A DNA stretch of 49,436 nucleotides from an uncultured archaeon. Lineage in GTDB: Archaea; Aenigmatarchaeota; Aenigmatarchaeia; PWEA01; JAGHBM01. The position numbers and the translations under genes were made by a program. The notes under the pieces were generated by a model that had not been told where the DNA came from, searched no databases, and was given only the letters and a program-made list of their open reading frames with translations. Shown here one piece after another: positions 26,884-35,840 of the stretch. Location of the stretch: the NCBI GenBank assembly GCA_964640225.1, contig CAZXFI010000005.1:14749-64184 (forward strand), written 5' to 3'. Each line of letters starts with the position of its first letter. Position 1 is the first letter of the stretch.

Positions 26884-27051
26884 TTACCTTCTGGCTTCCT
26901 TGCTCTTGGGCCTGAGAGCGTGCGAGCCGCATTTCCTGCACTTTATTTTCCCGGCCCTGACCTTGAACCCGTCGGCCCTCATGGTGGCCTTGCAGTTGCC
27001 GCACACGAAAACGCGGTCAAACAGCCTCTTCCTGGCTTCTTCTTTTATCAT
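26884..27051 (-). CDS. rpl40e: 50S ribosomal protein L40e
   Basis: Manual translation MIKEEARKRLFDRVFVCGNCKATMRADGFKVRAGKIKCRKCGSHALRPKSKEARR; GGTGA RBS. Confidence 0.93.
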   Translation of the reverse strand: MIKEEARKRLFDRVFVCGNCKATMRADGFKVRAGKIKCRKCGSHALRPKSKEARR

Positions 27052-27208
27052 ACACATCACCGAAAAGAAGTTTGGGAACTTGTTCCCATTTCTTCTTTTA
27101 TCATTTTTATCACGATTATTGTTAGCTTTCGCATGGCAAGTTTAAATAATTTTCTGTCAGCCTATTTGTAATTTATATAAAGAGCTTTTCACTAATTTAG
27201 TTGATTTC

Positions 27209-27880
27209 ATGACCAAGATAAAGGATTTGCACAAGTCTGACAGGCCCAGGGAAAGGCTGATGAAGATGGGCTCCGGAGCCCTGAAAAACAGGGACCTGCT
27301 TGCAATAATGCTCGGCTCCGGCTACGAGGGGAAAAACGCAATCTCGGTTGCCGGGAACCTCTTGAAAAGACATTCCCTGGAAAAGGTAGCGGAGATGCCC
27401 TTTGAAAAGCTGAAAAAGCTCAAGGGCATCGGGGACGCAAAGGCCTGCAAGCTGATGGCCGCGTTTGAGCTGAGCAGACGGGCCTTTTCCGTCAAGCCGG
27501 GCTCCCTGCCCGCAATCCAGGCTCCGGAAGACGTGCTGGCCATCGTTTCCGATATACGTAAAAACAGGAAAGAGCACCTTGTCGCGCTCTACCTTAACGC
27601 CAGGAACCAGCTCTTGCACAGGGAAACCATATCCGTGGGCAGCCTGAACGCGAACAAGGTCCATCCGAGGGAGGTTTTTTCTCCCGCCCTGGAGCACCTG
27701 GCCGCTTCCGTGATTCTGGCGCACAACCACCCCAGCGGGGACGCCGAACCCAGTGAGGAGGATGTCAAGGTGACGAAAAACCTGGCCAAGGCTGGCAGGA
27801 TAATGGGTATTGAGGTTCTGGACCACGTGGTCTTGGGCAAGGATTCTCTTGTTAGCATGAAAGAGAATAACCTGTTCTAG
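27209..27880 (+). CDS. radC: RadC-like JAB/MPN domain protein
   Basis: DRPRERL, HhH KGIGDAKA, VHPREVF, AHNHPSG...PS.ED, LDHVV. Confidence 0.95.
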   Translation: MTKIKDLHKSDRPRERLMKMGSGALKNRDLLAIMLGSGYEGKNAISVAGNLLKRHSLEKVAEMPFEKLKKLKGIGDAKACKLMAAFELSRRAFSVKPGSLPAIQAPEDVLAIVSDIRKNRKEHLVALYLNARNQLLHRETISVGSLNANKVHPREVFSPALEHLAASVILAHNHPSGDAEPSEEDVKVTKNLAKAGRIMGIEVLDHVVLGKDSLVSMKENNLF

Positions 27881-28218
27881 TCTGTCAGGTGCTTGCCCAT
27901 AATTTGCCTGGCTTCGTCCGTAAGCGTGTAGACTGCGTAAGGCCTGCCGTTCTTGTTGAGTTTTGCCGTTTTCTTCACGTATTTCTTTCCCTGAAGCTCG
28001 GCGGTAGCCCTGCTTATGCTTTCCCTTGAAATGGCCTTGTAGGGCTTTCCCCTATCCCTGAGCGTGCCTCCCTGGCTTCTCGGGCCTGACTTGTACCTGC
28101 TGCAAAACTCATAGATTTGGTCAAAGGAGAGCTCCTTTTCAGAATAAAGGAGAAACAAAATCGGTATGCTGTATTTCTTGTCCAGGTCAAAAATAAGTTT
28201 TTTCCATTTGCTCTCCAT
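27877..28218 (-). CDS. Winged-helix DNA-binding protein (HxlR-like)
   Basis: KYSIPIL..L, ISRESISRATAELQ...V, YTLTDEA. Confidence 0.7.
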   Translation of the reverse strand: MESKWKKLIFDLDKKYSIPILFLLYSEKELSFDQIYEFCSRYKSGPRSQGGTLRDRGKPYKAISRESISRATAELQGKKYVKKTAKLNKNGRPYAVYTLTDEARQIMGKHLTD

Positions 28219-28314
28219 AATTTTAAGTTAATTTAGTGAGTTTATAGGCATTTCGTACTTTTTAAGTATTTGAGTACCGAAAAGTATTTATTTTCCCTCT
28301 GCAAATCATGAATA

Positions 28315-28494
28315 ATGAAATACGTTCCCCCGACAACAAAAAACGTGGTTGCCGCGCTGGACAGCATACTTAAAAAAGAGTGTGACAGCAAGACCAGGGC
28401 AAAGGTGTTCCTGGCCCTTGTGAAGGTCATGGAAGAGGATTCCTGCGGCTTCAAGCTGGCCGTTATCAGGCACATTGACGAGCTGCTCTCCTAA
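28315..28494 (+). CDS. Small hypothetical protein (59 aa)
   Basis: Manual translation MKYVPPTTKNVVAALDSILKKECDSKTRAKVFLALVKVMEEDSCGFKLAVIRHIDELLS; divergent from the wHTH gene. Confidence 0.6.
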   Translation: MKYVPPTTKNVVAALDSILKKECDSKTRAKVFLALVKVMEEDSCGFKLAVIRHIDELLS

Positions 28495-29306
28495 AGCTTC
28501 ATGCTCCTCAGCCTTTTCACCCTCTCCTCAACGGAGGGGTGTGTGGAGAACAAGCGGGCCACCCCCCTCGCGCTCAGTGGATTCACTATGAACAGGTGCG
28601 AGGTGGAGGGATTTATTTTAAGCGGGTTTTTTCTGGAAATATTGCTTATCTTTTCCAGAGCCGAGGCCAGGCCTAGCGGGTCCTTAGCGAAGCGTGCCCC
28701 GGATTCGTCCGCCAGGTATTCCCTGTTTCTGCTTATCGCCATCCTTACCATTCCCGCGGCAAGAGGAGCGAAAATTACCATCAGCAGGCCCAGGGCGTTC
28801 CTGTCCCTGTCAAAAAGAAATGCGTACGAAAGCCAGGTTATGGCCCCTCCTATCGTTGCGGCCATTGTCTGTATAAGCGTGTCCCTGTTCTTTATATGAG
28901 AAATCTCGTGAGCCAGAACCCCCTTTATCTCTTTCTGCTCCAGGTTTTTTAGCAGCCCGAAGGTCACGGCCACCGCGGAGTGCTCCGGGTTCCTGCCCGT
29001 TGCAAAAGCATTGGGAACGTTTGTCCTTACCATGTAAATATTGGGCCTGGGTATCCCGGCCTCCTCGGAAAGCTCGCTCACAACCTGATGGAGCATGGAG
29101 TTGTCAGCGGCGGTTATCTCCTTTGCTCCGTACATTCTCAAGACGATTTTGTCTGAGAACCAGTAGGAAAGAAAGTTAATGAAAAAGGCCATTATCAGGG
29201 CTATCAGTGCGCCTCCCATGCCCCCCAGAAGGTATCCTATTCCCAGGAACAGACCTGTGAGAACTGCAAGAAGGCCGAATGTCTTGAAAAGATTTAGCAC
29301 GCCCAC
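28491..29306 (-). CDS. htpX: Zinc metalloprotease HtpX (M48)
   Basis: PNAFATGRNP, AHEISH, SRNREYLAD, FSTHPS. Confidence 0.96.
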   Translation of the reverse strand: MGVLNLFKTFGLLAVLTGLFLGIGYLLGGMGGALIALIMAFFINFLSYWFSDKIVLRMYGAKEITAADNSMLHQVVSELSEEAGIPRPNIYMVRTNVPNAFATGRNPEHSAVAVTFGLLKNLEQKEIKGVLAHEISHIKNRDTLIQTMAATIGGAITWLSYAFLFDRDRNALGLLMVIFAPLAAGMVRMAISRNREYLADESGARFAKDPLGLASALEKISNISRKNPLKINPSTSHLFIVNPLSARGVARLFSTHPSVEERVKRLRSMKL

Positions 29307-29310
29307 ATAA

Positions 29311-29826
29311 TCACCTTACCAGCATGTATTCATATTCTTCCAGCCAGTCTATCTCCCCGGTGTTATTATTATTGTCAATAAGGGCTTTTATACTTTTTGC
29401 AACCTCTTCCGGCTTCTTTCCCGTGGTGTCCAGCTCCATAACCTTTTCACCGCTTTCGCAAGATTCGGAAGAACAAACACCCAGGATTTCCGCCTCCACG
29501 TTCTCCATGACTTTTTCCTCCGGCCAGCCCCTTTTCTCCAGCCTTTTCTTGAGCACGTCGGGCCTGGTCCTCAGCACCAGAATCAGGTCGGCCGTTATCA
29601 GGTGGGAAAGGTGCCCGTCCACCACGGAATTGTCCGGGACGAATATCTCCCCGAACCTGTCCGTATCCAGGATTTTGGAATGCCTTTCCGGGTCCATGCC
29701 TATCACAAGGCCCTGCTCTTCCGCCACCCTGTTCAGGTCCACGTAATTGTAGGAAAGCAGGGGAGCCAGCTCTCTGGCCACTTCGGTCTTGCCTGTTCCG
29801 GGAGTTCCTGTCACGGATATAATCAT
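29311..29826 (-). CDS. Archaeal adenylate kinase (AK6/Fap7 family)
   Basis: TGTPGTGKT, VVDGHLSH, KVMENVEAE. Confidence 0.92.
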   Translation of the reverse strand: MIISVTGTPGTGKTEVARELAPLLSYNYVDLNRVAEEQGLVIGMDPERHSKILDTDRFGEIFVPDNSVVDGHLSHLITADLILVLRTRPDVLKKRLEKRGWPEEKVMENVEAEILGVCSSESCESGEKVMELDTTGKKPEEVAKSIKALIDNNNNTGEIDWLEEYEYMLVR

Positions 29827-29900
29827 GATTAGAAATTGGCGGGAGAGGTTTATATATTACGGAGTGTTAAAATATTGTAACTTGTTTTTGTGGGGATAGA

Positions 29901-30854
29901 ATGACTTTGGAAGTATGGACAGAGAAATACAGGCCCAGGAAACTGAAGGACGTGGTGAACCAGGAGGAAATAATTGAAAGGCTTCAGGCCTTTGTCAAGA
30001 ACAAAAACATACCCAACATGCTCTTTGCAGGCCCTGCAGGAGTGGGCAAGACCACCTGCGCCCTTGCCATAGCCCATGAAATTTACGGCGAGGGTTGGAA
30101 GCAGAACTACCTTGAAACCAACGCCTCGGACGAAAGGGGCATAGACACGATAAGGCACAAGATAAAGGACTTCGCAAGGACCAGGCCCATAGGTAACGTT
30201 CCCTTTAAGATGGCTGTCCTGGACGAGGCGGACGCCCTTACCCCGGAGGCCCAGCAGGCCCTGAGAAGGACCATGGAGAATTATACGAAAACGTGCCGCT
30301 TCATCCTTATAGCCAACTACAGCTCCAGGATAATAGACCCGATACAGTCAAGGTGCGCTGTGTTCAGATTTTCCGGTATAGAGACGGAAAAGAGCATGAA
30401 GCACCTGAAGGAAATTTCAAAGAAGGAAAAGCTTGACTCGGATGACAAGGCCTTTGACGCCATATTGCATATAACCGAGGGCGACATGAGGCGCTCCATA
30501 AACCTTCTTCAATCCTGCGCCGCGCTGGGAAAAAAGATAACCGAAAAGACGGTCTACGATGTGGCCGCGCAGGCAAAGCCCAAGGACATAAGGGAGATGC
30601 TTGAGGAGTCCCTCAAGGGCAAGTTCATGGATGCAAGAAAGAGGCTTTACGACGTGCTCATAAACCAGGGAATTTCCGGGGAGGACGTGATAAAGGAGAT
30701 GCACAGGCAGGTCTACGACCTTGACACCACGGAGGAAAGCAAAATCAATATAATAAAGAACCTCGGGGAATACGAGTTCAGGCTGGATTCCGGGGGAAAC
30801 CCCATGATACAGCTGGAGTCGTTCCTGGCCCAGGTAGCGGCCATGGGAAAGTAA
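29901..30854 (+). CDS. rfcS: Replication factor C small subunit (no intein)
   Basis: WTEKYRP, GPAGVGKT, NASDERG, DEAD, SRC. Confidence 0.97.
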   Translation: MTLEVWTEKYRPRKLKDVVNQEEIIERLQAFVKNKNIPNMLFAGPAGVGKTTCALAIAHEIYGEGWKQNYLETNASDERGIDTIRHKIKDFARTRPIGNVPFKMAVLDEADALTPEAQQALRRTMENYTKTCRFILIANYSSRIIDPIQSRCAVFRFSGIETEKSMKHLKEISKKEKLDSDDKAFDAILHITEGDMRRSINLLQSCAALGKKITEKTVYDVAAQAKPKDIREMLEESLKGKFMDARKRLYDVLINQGISGEDVIKEMHRQVYDLDTTEESKINIIKNLGEYEFRLDSGGNPMIQLESFLAQVAAMGK

Positions 30855-30919
30855 TTTAAACCTTTTTCTCCAACCGGCTTTAAATAATTGAGAAAACAAC
30901 TGCTTTTACGGGGGTTGGA

Positions 30920-31057
30920 ATGAGAGAAAACGTGAGCTACATGGTCTGTAATCCGGGGGGAGATTTCAGGAAACACGGTATATTTACTCCGCACACGGAA
31001 ATCCTTATAGAGGAGAGCGTGAAGAGCTACAATTTTCTGAAGGGAGCTAAATACTAA
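30920..31057 (+). CDS. Possible small hypothetical protein (45 aa)
   Basis: MRENVSYMVCNPGGDFRKHGIFTPHTEILIEESVKSYNFLKGAKY; GGGGGT RBS-like and TTTAAATA box upstream. Confidence 0.4.
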   Translation: MRENVSYMVCNPGGDFRKHGIFTPHTEILIEESVKSYNFLKGAKY

Positions 31058-31059
31058 TT

Positions 31060-31647
31060 TCAGTCCTGCTCGGTGAAATCTTCTAGGTTTGCCTTAAAAT
31101 CCTCGTTCTTTTTTATATCCTTCCTCGCCTTCAGGATTTCCCTTGCCAGAAGGTAGTACACAAGTCCCAAAGACTTCTTTCCCTTGTTGTTGGCCGGTAT
31201 TATCAAATCCACGTATTCAAGGTCGTTGTAAGTGTCGCACACGGCCACGATGGGTATCCTTTTTTCAGTGGCCTCCTTTATGGCCTGCTTGTCAGCTATG
31301 GGGTCCGTGACCAGAAGCACGTCCGGCTCCATATAGTCCTTGAAATTCGGGTTGCTTAGCGTTCCGGGAAGGAACCTGCCTGTCACGGCCTTCGCTACCA
31401 GCACGTCCGCGAACTTGTTTACGGACTTCATGCCGTTGGTCTTCCTGCAGACAACCATTATGTTCGTGTAGTCCTTGAGGAAGCCTGCGGCCACCTTTAT
31501 TCTTTCGTCCGTTTTCTCTATGTCCAAAACTGACAAGCCGTCGGGCCTGGTCTTGAATATGAAAGGGGCCATCCCCTTGGTCTTCATTCTCATGCCTATA
31601 TGCACGCCCGCCGATAGGTAGTCGTTCCTGTCTGCCAGTTCCGTCAT
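31060..31647 (-). CDS. rps2: 30S ribosomal protein S2
   Basis: YLSAGVHIG, GRFLPGTL.NP, PANNKG. Confidence 0.97.
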   Translation of the reverse strand: MTELADRNDYLSAGVHIGMRMKTKGMAPFIFKTRPDGLSVLDIEKTDERIKVAAGFLKDYTNIMVVCRKTNGMKSVNKFADVLVAKAVTGRFLPGTLSNPNFKDYMEPDVLLVTDPIADKQAIKEATEKRIPIVAVCDTYNDLEYVDLIIPANNKGKKSLGLVYYLLAREILKARKDIKKNEDFKANLEDFTEQD

Positions 31648-31847
31648 TTAATCACCTTTATGATTGAATATAAAACCTTGATTTCAGTGTTTTAATCACT
31701 ATTCTTTGTTTTATGGTAAACATATTTAAATAGGTTATCCGGTTTCCTGATATAAAGCCTGGAAAGAAAGGATTATTATGGCAAGGAACTACAAAAACAA
31801 AAGGGGCCTTATGGGAATCTACAGAGCCAAAAAGAGCCGCAAAAAAA

Positions 31848-33014
31848 CTAAATCCTGACCATTTTGGGATGCTCAACGGTTTCCCACAGTTCAAGGAGAC
31901 GGTTCATCTTGGCCAGGCGCTCCCCTCCCCACACGCCCGTCTTCAGGAAGTGCCCTATTCCCAGGGCCAGGTCGGCTATGACCGGGTCGTTGGTTTCCCC
32001 GCTCCTGTGCGACACCACAATCTTGTAGTCCCTGCGTGCGGCATGCTGGGCCACTTTCATCGCAAGGCCCAGGGTTCCGGCCTGGTTGGGCTTGATTATT
32101 ATGGAGTTGCAGGAGTCGTATCTCAGCCCTCTTTTCAGCCTTTCAAGGTTGGTGGAGAACAAATCGTCGCCGCAGACCAGTATTTCGCTTTTCCACTTGA
32201 GAAGTTCCGCAAAACCCCGAAAATCATCCTCGTGGAACGGGTCTTCCACGTAATAAACGTTCCATGTGTCAACAAGCTCCTTGACGGCCTCCATCTGCTG
32301 CTCCGGGATGACCTCCTTCCCCAGTTTTTCGTAAACGTACCTGTTCTTTGCCTTGTGGTAAAGGGAGGAAGCGGCCATGTCCACCCCTATTCTTGCATCC
32401 AGGTCCCTGGCTATCTCCGTTATTATATCAAGGGTTTTTTCCTCTCCCAGGCCCGATATTAGCGCGTTCTCGTCATTCTTTCCCGCCAGCTCCTTCTTTG
32501 AGATAAGTATGGTTTTTATTCTTTTCATTCCCTCCTCGCACAGCTCTATTGCCTCGGGAAAGGTCTCGGCCTTCAAAGGTATCAGGTGGAACTCCTGTAT
32601 GTCCGTTCCCCCGCCGTGCTTTCCTCCGCCTACGACGTTGACTATGGGATAGGGAAACCTCGCCTCGTCAAAATACCTGTAGGGGTCTCCCAGAGTGGAG
32701 GCCTTGAAAAGCGCGGAGGTTAGGGCCACTCCAAGATGGGCCCCGATTTTCTGGAAGTTCTTTCCGGCCATCTCCGTCAGCATCTCGTCCATAACGTCGT
32801 AATCCTCCTCGGTAAGGCCTATGAGATTATGCTTCAGCTTTTCCAGAATCTTCAGGGATCTTCCGGTGTTTAGCGTGAAGGCCTCGTAGTTGCTCCTGCT
32901 CTTGCCCGAAGGGGCCGAGCCTTCAAAAACGCCAGAATCAGTGAAAACCTTGACAAGAATCGTGGGCTCCCCCCTGCTGTTGTAAATCCTGAAGCCCCTA
33001 ATGTCGCGAATCAT
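31848..33014 (-). CDS. eno: Enolase (divergent)
   Basis: NSRGEPT, GGKH..DIQEF, DMAAS, EDPF, GDDL, IKPNQ, SHRSGET, KTG. Confidence 0.93.
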   Translation of the reverse strand: MIRDIRGFRIYNSRGEPTILVKVFTDSGVFEGSAPSGKSRSNYEAFTLNTGRSLKILEKLKHNLIGLTEEDYDVMDEMLTEMAGKNFQKIGAHLGVALTSALFKASTLGDPYRYFDEARFPYPIVNVVGGGKHGGGTDIQEFHLIPLKAETFPEAIELCEEGMKRIKTILISKKELAGKNDENALISGLGEEKTLDIITEIARDLDARIGVDMAASSLYHKAKNRYVYEKLGKEVIPEQQMEAVKELVDTWNVYYVEDPFHEDDFRGFAELLKWKSEILVCGDDLFSTNLERLKRGLRYDSCNSIIIKPNQAGTLGLAMKVAQHAARRDYKIVVSHRSGETNDPVIADLALGIGHFLKTGVWGGERLAKMNRLLELWETVEHPKMVRI

Positions 33015-33053
33015 GATTAATATTCGGCAGGATTATATAAAATGTTAATTGGA

Positions 33054-33308
33054 TTATCTTTTTACTTTCTGTTTCAGCGCGTATAATTTTATACCCAGCT
33101 TCCCTCTGTATATCTTTCCGTTCTGGTCTTCAAGGGCGACCTTGTGGCCCCCTATCCTTTCGTCATAAGACCCGTCAACATTGCTCTGGACACAGAGCTT
33201 AACCCCGCACTCGTCTCTAAGGTAATCCTCCACCTCGTCCGCAAAAACCGTGTTGCGGTAAAAAATAACGGGATTCAGCAAATCCTTTGAAACAGCATAT
33301 CCGCCCAT
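33054..33308 (-). CDS. Hypothetical protein
   Basis: 84-aa ORF with GAGGTG RBS. Confidence 0.6.
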   Translation of the reverse strand: MGGYAVSKDLLNPVIFYRNTVFADEVEDYLRDECGVKLCVQSNVDGSYDERIGGHKVALEDQNGKIYRGKLGIKLYALKQKVKR

Positions 33309-33400
33309 TTCTCACACCTCTTATTTTAACTACTTTATAGTAACTATTGTAATAACTACCATATAAAGCTATCGTTGCGCCTGAAATGCGGAGAAATCGC

Positions 33401-33610
33401 TTATTCCAGCTTTTCGGGAAGCTTTTTCTTTATTGTTATCGGAATTAAATCCTTTTCAAATTCCTGCTTTGCAAGGTATATGGGGTCAAGCTCGTTCGCC
33501 TTGGCAGGAACCAGCAGAGGAGCCCCCATGGCTATCTGCAGGGCCCTCGCCGAAATAATCCTTGTCTTCTCAAATCTTGAATACCCGTTTGCCTCTTCCA
33601 TCAATTTCAC
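33401..33610 (-). CDS. rpoK: RNA polymerase subunit K (Rpo6)
   Basis: YSRFEKTRIISARALQIAMGAP. Confidence 0.96.
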   Translation of the reverse strand: MKLMEEANGYSRFEKTRIISARALQIAMGAPLLVPAKANELDPIYLAKQEFEKDLIPITIKKKLPEKLE

Positions 33611-33611
33611 C

Positions 33612-34409
33612 TTATCCTATGTACCTGAGCTTGTCCTTGCCCTCCTCCTTGGGCATGAGCTTCTTCATAGCCTTCTCCTGTATTATCTCAAGCTTCTTGA
33701 GGAAGGTCTCCATTTCCTTGGACTTCTCATCCATCTTGCTCAGGTCTATGTCCAGGCCTAATATGTTGACTATTACTCTCAGAAGCTTCTCTGCGGACCT
33801 GGGATCGGTCAGAATCGGGAACCCGGTGGTTTCTCCCATCAGGCAGATTCCCTCCATATCCCTTTCCTTTCCCATTCCTATAAGCAGGCCGCTCGCCCCC
33901 ACTATGTACTGGATTCGGGAAGTGGATGACTTGAAGTCCACGCCGGCTTTCTCGTACTTCTTTATGAGCTTCTTGTCGCTTGCCGCGCCCAGGATTTCTA
34001 TGTTCTTTGTATCCTCTATCTCGCCGGTTCCGAAGCCTCCGAGGGTGAATAACTTCTTTACCCCCATTTTTTCACAGAAATCCAGGATTTTTCCCGATAT
34101 TTCATAGTGTCCCAGGGTGCCTGAATCCCCGCACTGGCAGTCTCCCACCAGTATTATGAGGTCTTCTCCTTTGGAATCGGGGTTTTTCCAGTAATAGAAC
34201 TCGTTCTTCAGCATCTCTATCTTGCTTTCATGGATGCTTGAGAAAGGAAGGAAATACGGAGAAATAAGCTCAGCGAACTTCTCCGCCTTCAGCTCGTCTA
34301 TGAGGTACTGGGCCGTTATCCTGCCCACGCCCCCTATGCCCGGAAGGCCCTCTATAAAAACGGGTTTCCTAGGCTTGATTTCCTTTATAATCTTGATAGT
34401 AGTTTCCAT
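33612..34409 (-). CDS. PAC2-family proteasome assembly chaperone (PbaA/B-like)
   Basis: EGLPGIGGVG, TLGGF, IVGASGLL, CLMGET, DPRSA. Confidence 0.92.
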   Translation of the reverse strand: METTIKIIKEIKPRKPVFIEGLPGIGGVGRITAQYLIDELKAEKFAELISPYFLPFSSIHESKIEMLKNEFYYWKNPDSKGEDLIILVGDCQCGDSGTLGHYEISGKILDFCEKMGVKKLFTLGGFGTGEIEDTKNIEILGAASDKKLIKKYEKAGVDFKSSTSRIQYIVGASGLLIGMGKERDMEGICLMGETTGFPILTDPRSAEKLLRVIVNILGLDIDLSKMDEKSKEMETFLKKLEIIQEKAMKKLMPKEEGKDKLRYIG

Positions 34410-34500
34410 AACAGCACCGATTACTTTATTTTAAAGTTTTTCTTTTATATACTTTATTGGTTCGGCTCTAAGCCAAATACTAAAAAATAAAAGAAAGGGG

Positions 34501-34698
34501 TTACTCCCCTAGGGAGTCCTCTATGTCTTCCACCGACATGTTTTCCACGGCCGCTTCCATTTCCTGCTCTATGAGGCCAGCTGCCTGGTCTTCCGTCATA
34601 ACCCCGGCTTCAGTGCCTGTGTCAGCCGCCTGCTCCACGCAGCCGCTTGCGACGAACACGGAGATTAACAGAAATAAAACCAGCAATTTTGCCAGCAT
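34501..34698 (-). CDS. Small acidic lipoprotein
   Basis: Lipobox ASGC; GGAGG RBS. Confidence 0.65.
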   Translation of the reverse strand: MLAKLLVLFLLISVFVASGCVEQAADTGTEAGVMTEDQAAGLIEQEMEAAVENMSVEDIEDSLGE

Positions 34699-34700
34699 TT

Positions 34701-35639
34701 CTAATCTCCTCCTGCCACGTCAGCGCTTGTTATTGCCTTGCCTTTCTGTACGGCTGCCTGCACGCTTGCGTTCACTGCCGCGGCGTTGACCTTCATGTTG
34801 GTGAACCTGTTCCTCAACGTCTGGGCGTTCCTGAGCATGTTGGAGCTGCCTGTCACAATCTGCTTTGCCACCGCGCAGCCCTCGTTGTCCGGATTGTCCT
34901 TGCAGCGGTTCGCTGCAGCTGTCGCGATTCTCTGGCATATCGTTGCGTCAGGGTTTTCCTCGCAATAGCTCTTCGCTCTCTGGAGCTCAAACGGCACGCA
35001 GTATTTGTTCGTGGGGTTTTTCTGGCACCATGTCCTGAAGGCATTCCTGCACCTGGTGTCGTCCATGTTGTCTCCCTTCAGGCAGTAGGCCCTGAAAAGC
35101 GCCTGGCACTTTGCGTTTCCCGGGTTGTTGCTGCAGAACTCGTGTATCCTTTCCTCGCAGTTCACGTCCTCGTTGTTCCTGCAGTAGTCCACCAGAACGG
35201 CCCTGAGTTCTCCGGCTTTTATCGGCCTCACGCCCTCTATGACGTAAAGGTTGTATTCGCTGCCGTCTATCTCCAGGGTGCCTGCCCAGACTTCCGTGTC
35301 TCCTTTCATTACGGAGGACACGTCAAATGAGCCCACAACCGTTTCTCCATCATACACGTTACCTGTTGCGTGGCCTGTCTCTATTTCCACGTCCCTCAGC
35401 CTGTACTTTTCCTCGTCCAGCTTCATGACTCCGACTGCTATGTCCTGCGCGGAAGTTATGACCCTTCCCAGGCCCACCTTGACTATCATGAAGTCCATGG
35501 GGTCGCTCGGGGAGGATGATATTCCCTTTCCAAGCACGGTGTATTTAGTTACCGTGGGCGCGGCATCTTCCGTGGTTTCGGCCAGCACGGGAACCGCCAG
35601 CACTGACAAAGCAAGAAATACGGCCAGTATTTTCTTCAT
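34701..35639 (-). CDS. Secreted protein with Cys-rich tandem repeats
   Basis: Signal peptide, beta domain, six C-x2-(N)P-x3/4-C type units; GGAGGT RBS. Confidence 0.75.
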   Translation of the reverse strand: MKKILAVFLALSVLAVPVLAETTEDAAPTVTKYTVLGKGISSSPSDPMDFMIVKVGLGRVITSAQDIAVGVMKLDEEKYRLRDVEIETGHATGNVYDGETVVGSFDVSSVMKGDTEVWAGTLEIDGSEYNLYVIEGVRPIKAGELRAVLVDYCRNNEDVNCEERIHEFCSNNPGNAKCQALFRAYCLKGDNMDDTRCRNAFRTWCQKNPTNKYCVPFELQRAKSYCEENPDATICQRIATAAANRCKDNPDNEGCAVAKQIVTGSSNMLRNAQTLRNRFTNMKVNAAAVNASVQAAVQKGKAITSADVAGGD

Positions 35640-35657
35640 GCTTTTTAACCTCCTTAA

Positions 35658-35840
35658 TTATATTTGGTCCTGGTTATTAAAGTTTTTTCTGGCCATTCTG
35701 CGGTAACGGCCATACCTGTCCTCGGGAGAAAATTTGGGGGGATGTGGATCCCTCGTTCTTCTACCGCACTTGGGGCAGGTCTCCTCAAAGGTGTAGGTTC
35801 CGCAGACAAAGCATTTTCTTATAATGGTGATTTGAATCAC
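35658..35840 (-). CDS. nop10: H/ACA RNP protein Nop10
   Basis: IRKC..CGTYT...CPKCG...HPPKFSPEDRYGRYR. Confidence 0.95.
   Translation of the reverse strand: MIQITIIRKCFVCGTYTFEETCPKCGRRTRDPHPPKFSPEDRYGRYRRMARKNFNNQDQI

Noticed and set aside
29901-30854. Intein in the RFC small subunit (a common site)
   Set aside because: Protein is the standard 317 aa with contiguous motifs
31778-31858. 26-aa basic ORF MARNYKNKRGLMGIYRAKKSRKKTKS (+) as an L41e-like peptide
   Set aside because: No real similarity to L41e, overlaps the enolase 3' end, and too short to support
31848-33014. Enolase as an inactive pseudo-enzyme
   Set aside because: Divergent and short, but the catalytic and Mg-binding motifs (H, QEF, DE, D, ED, DD, K, HRS, K) are present, and the location near rpoK-rps2 is the usual archaeal one
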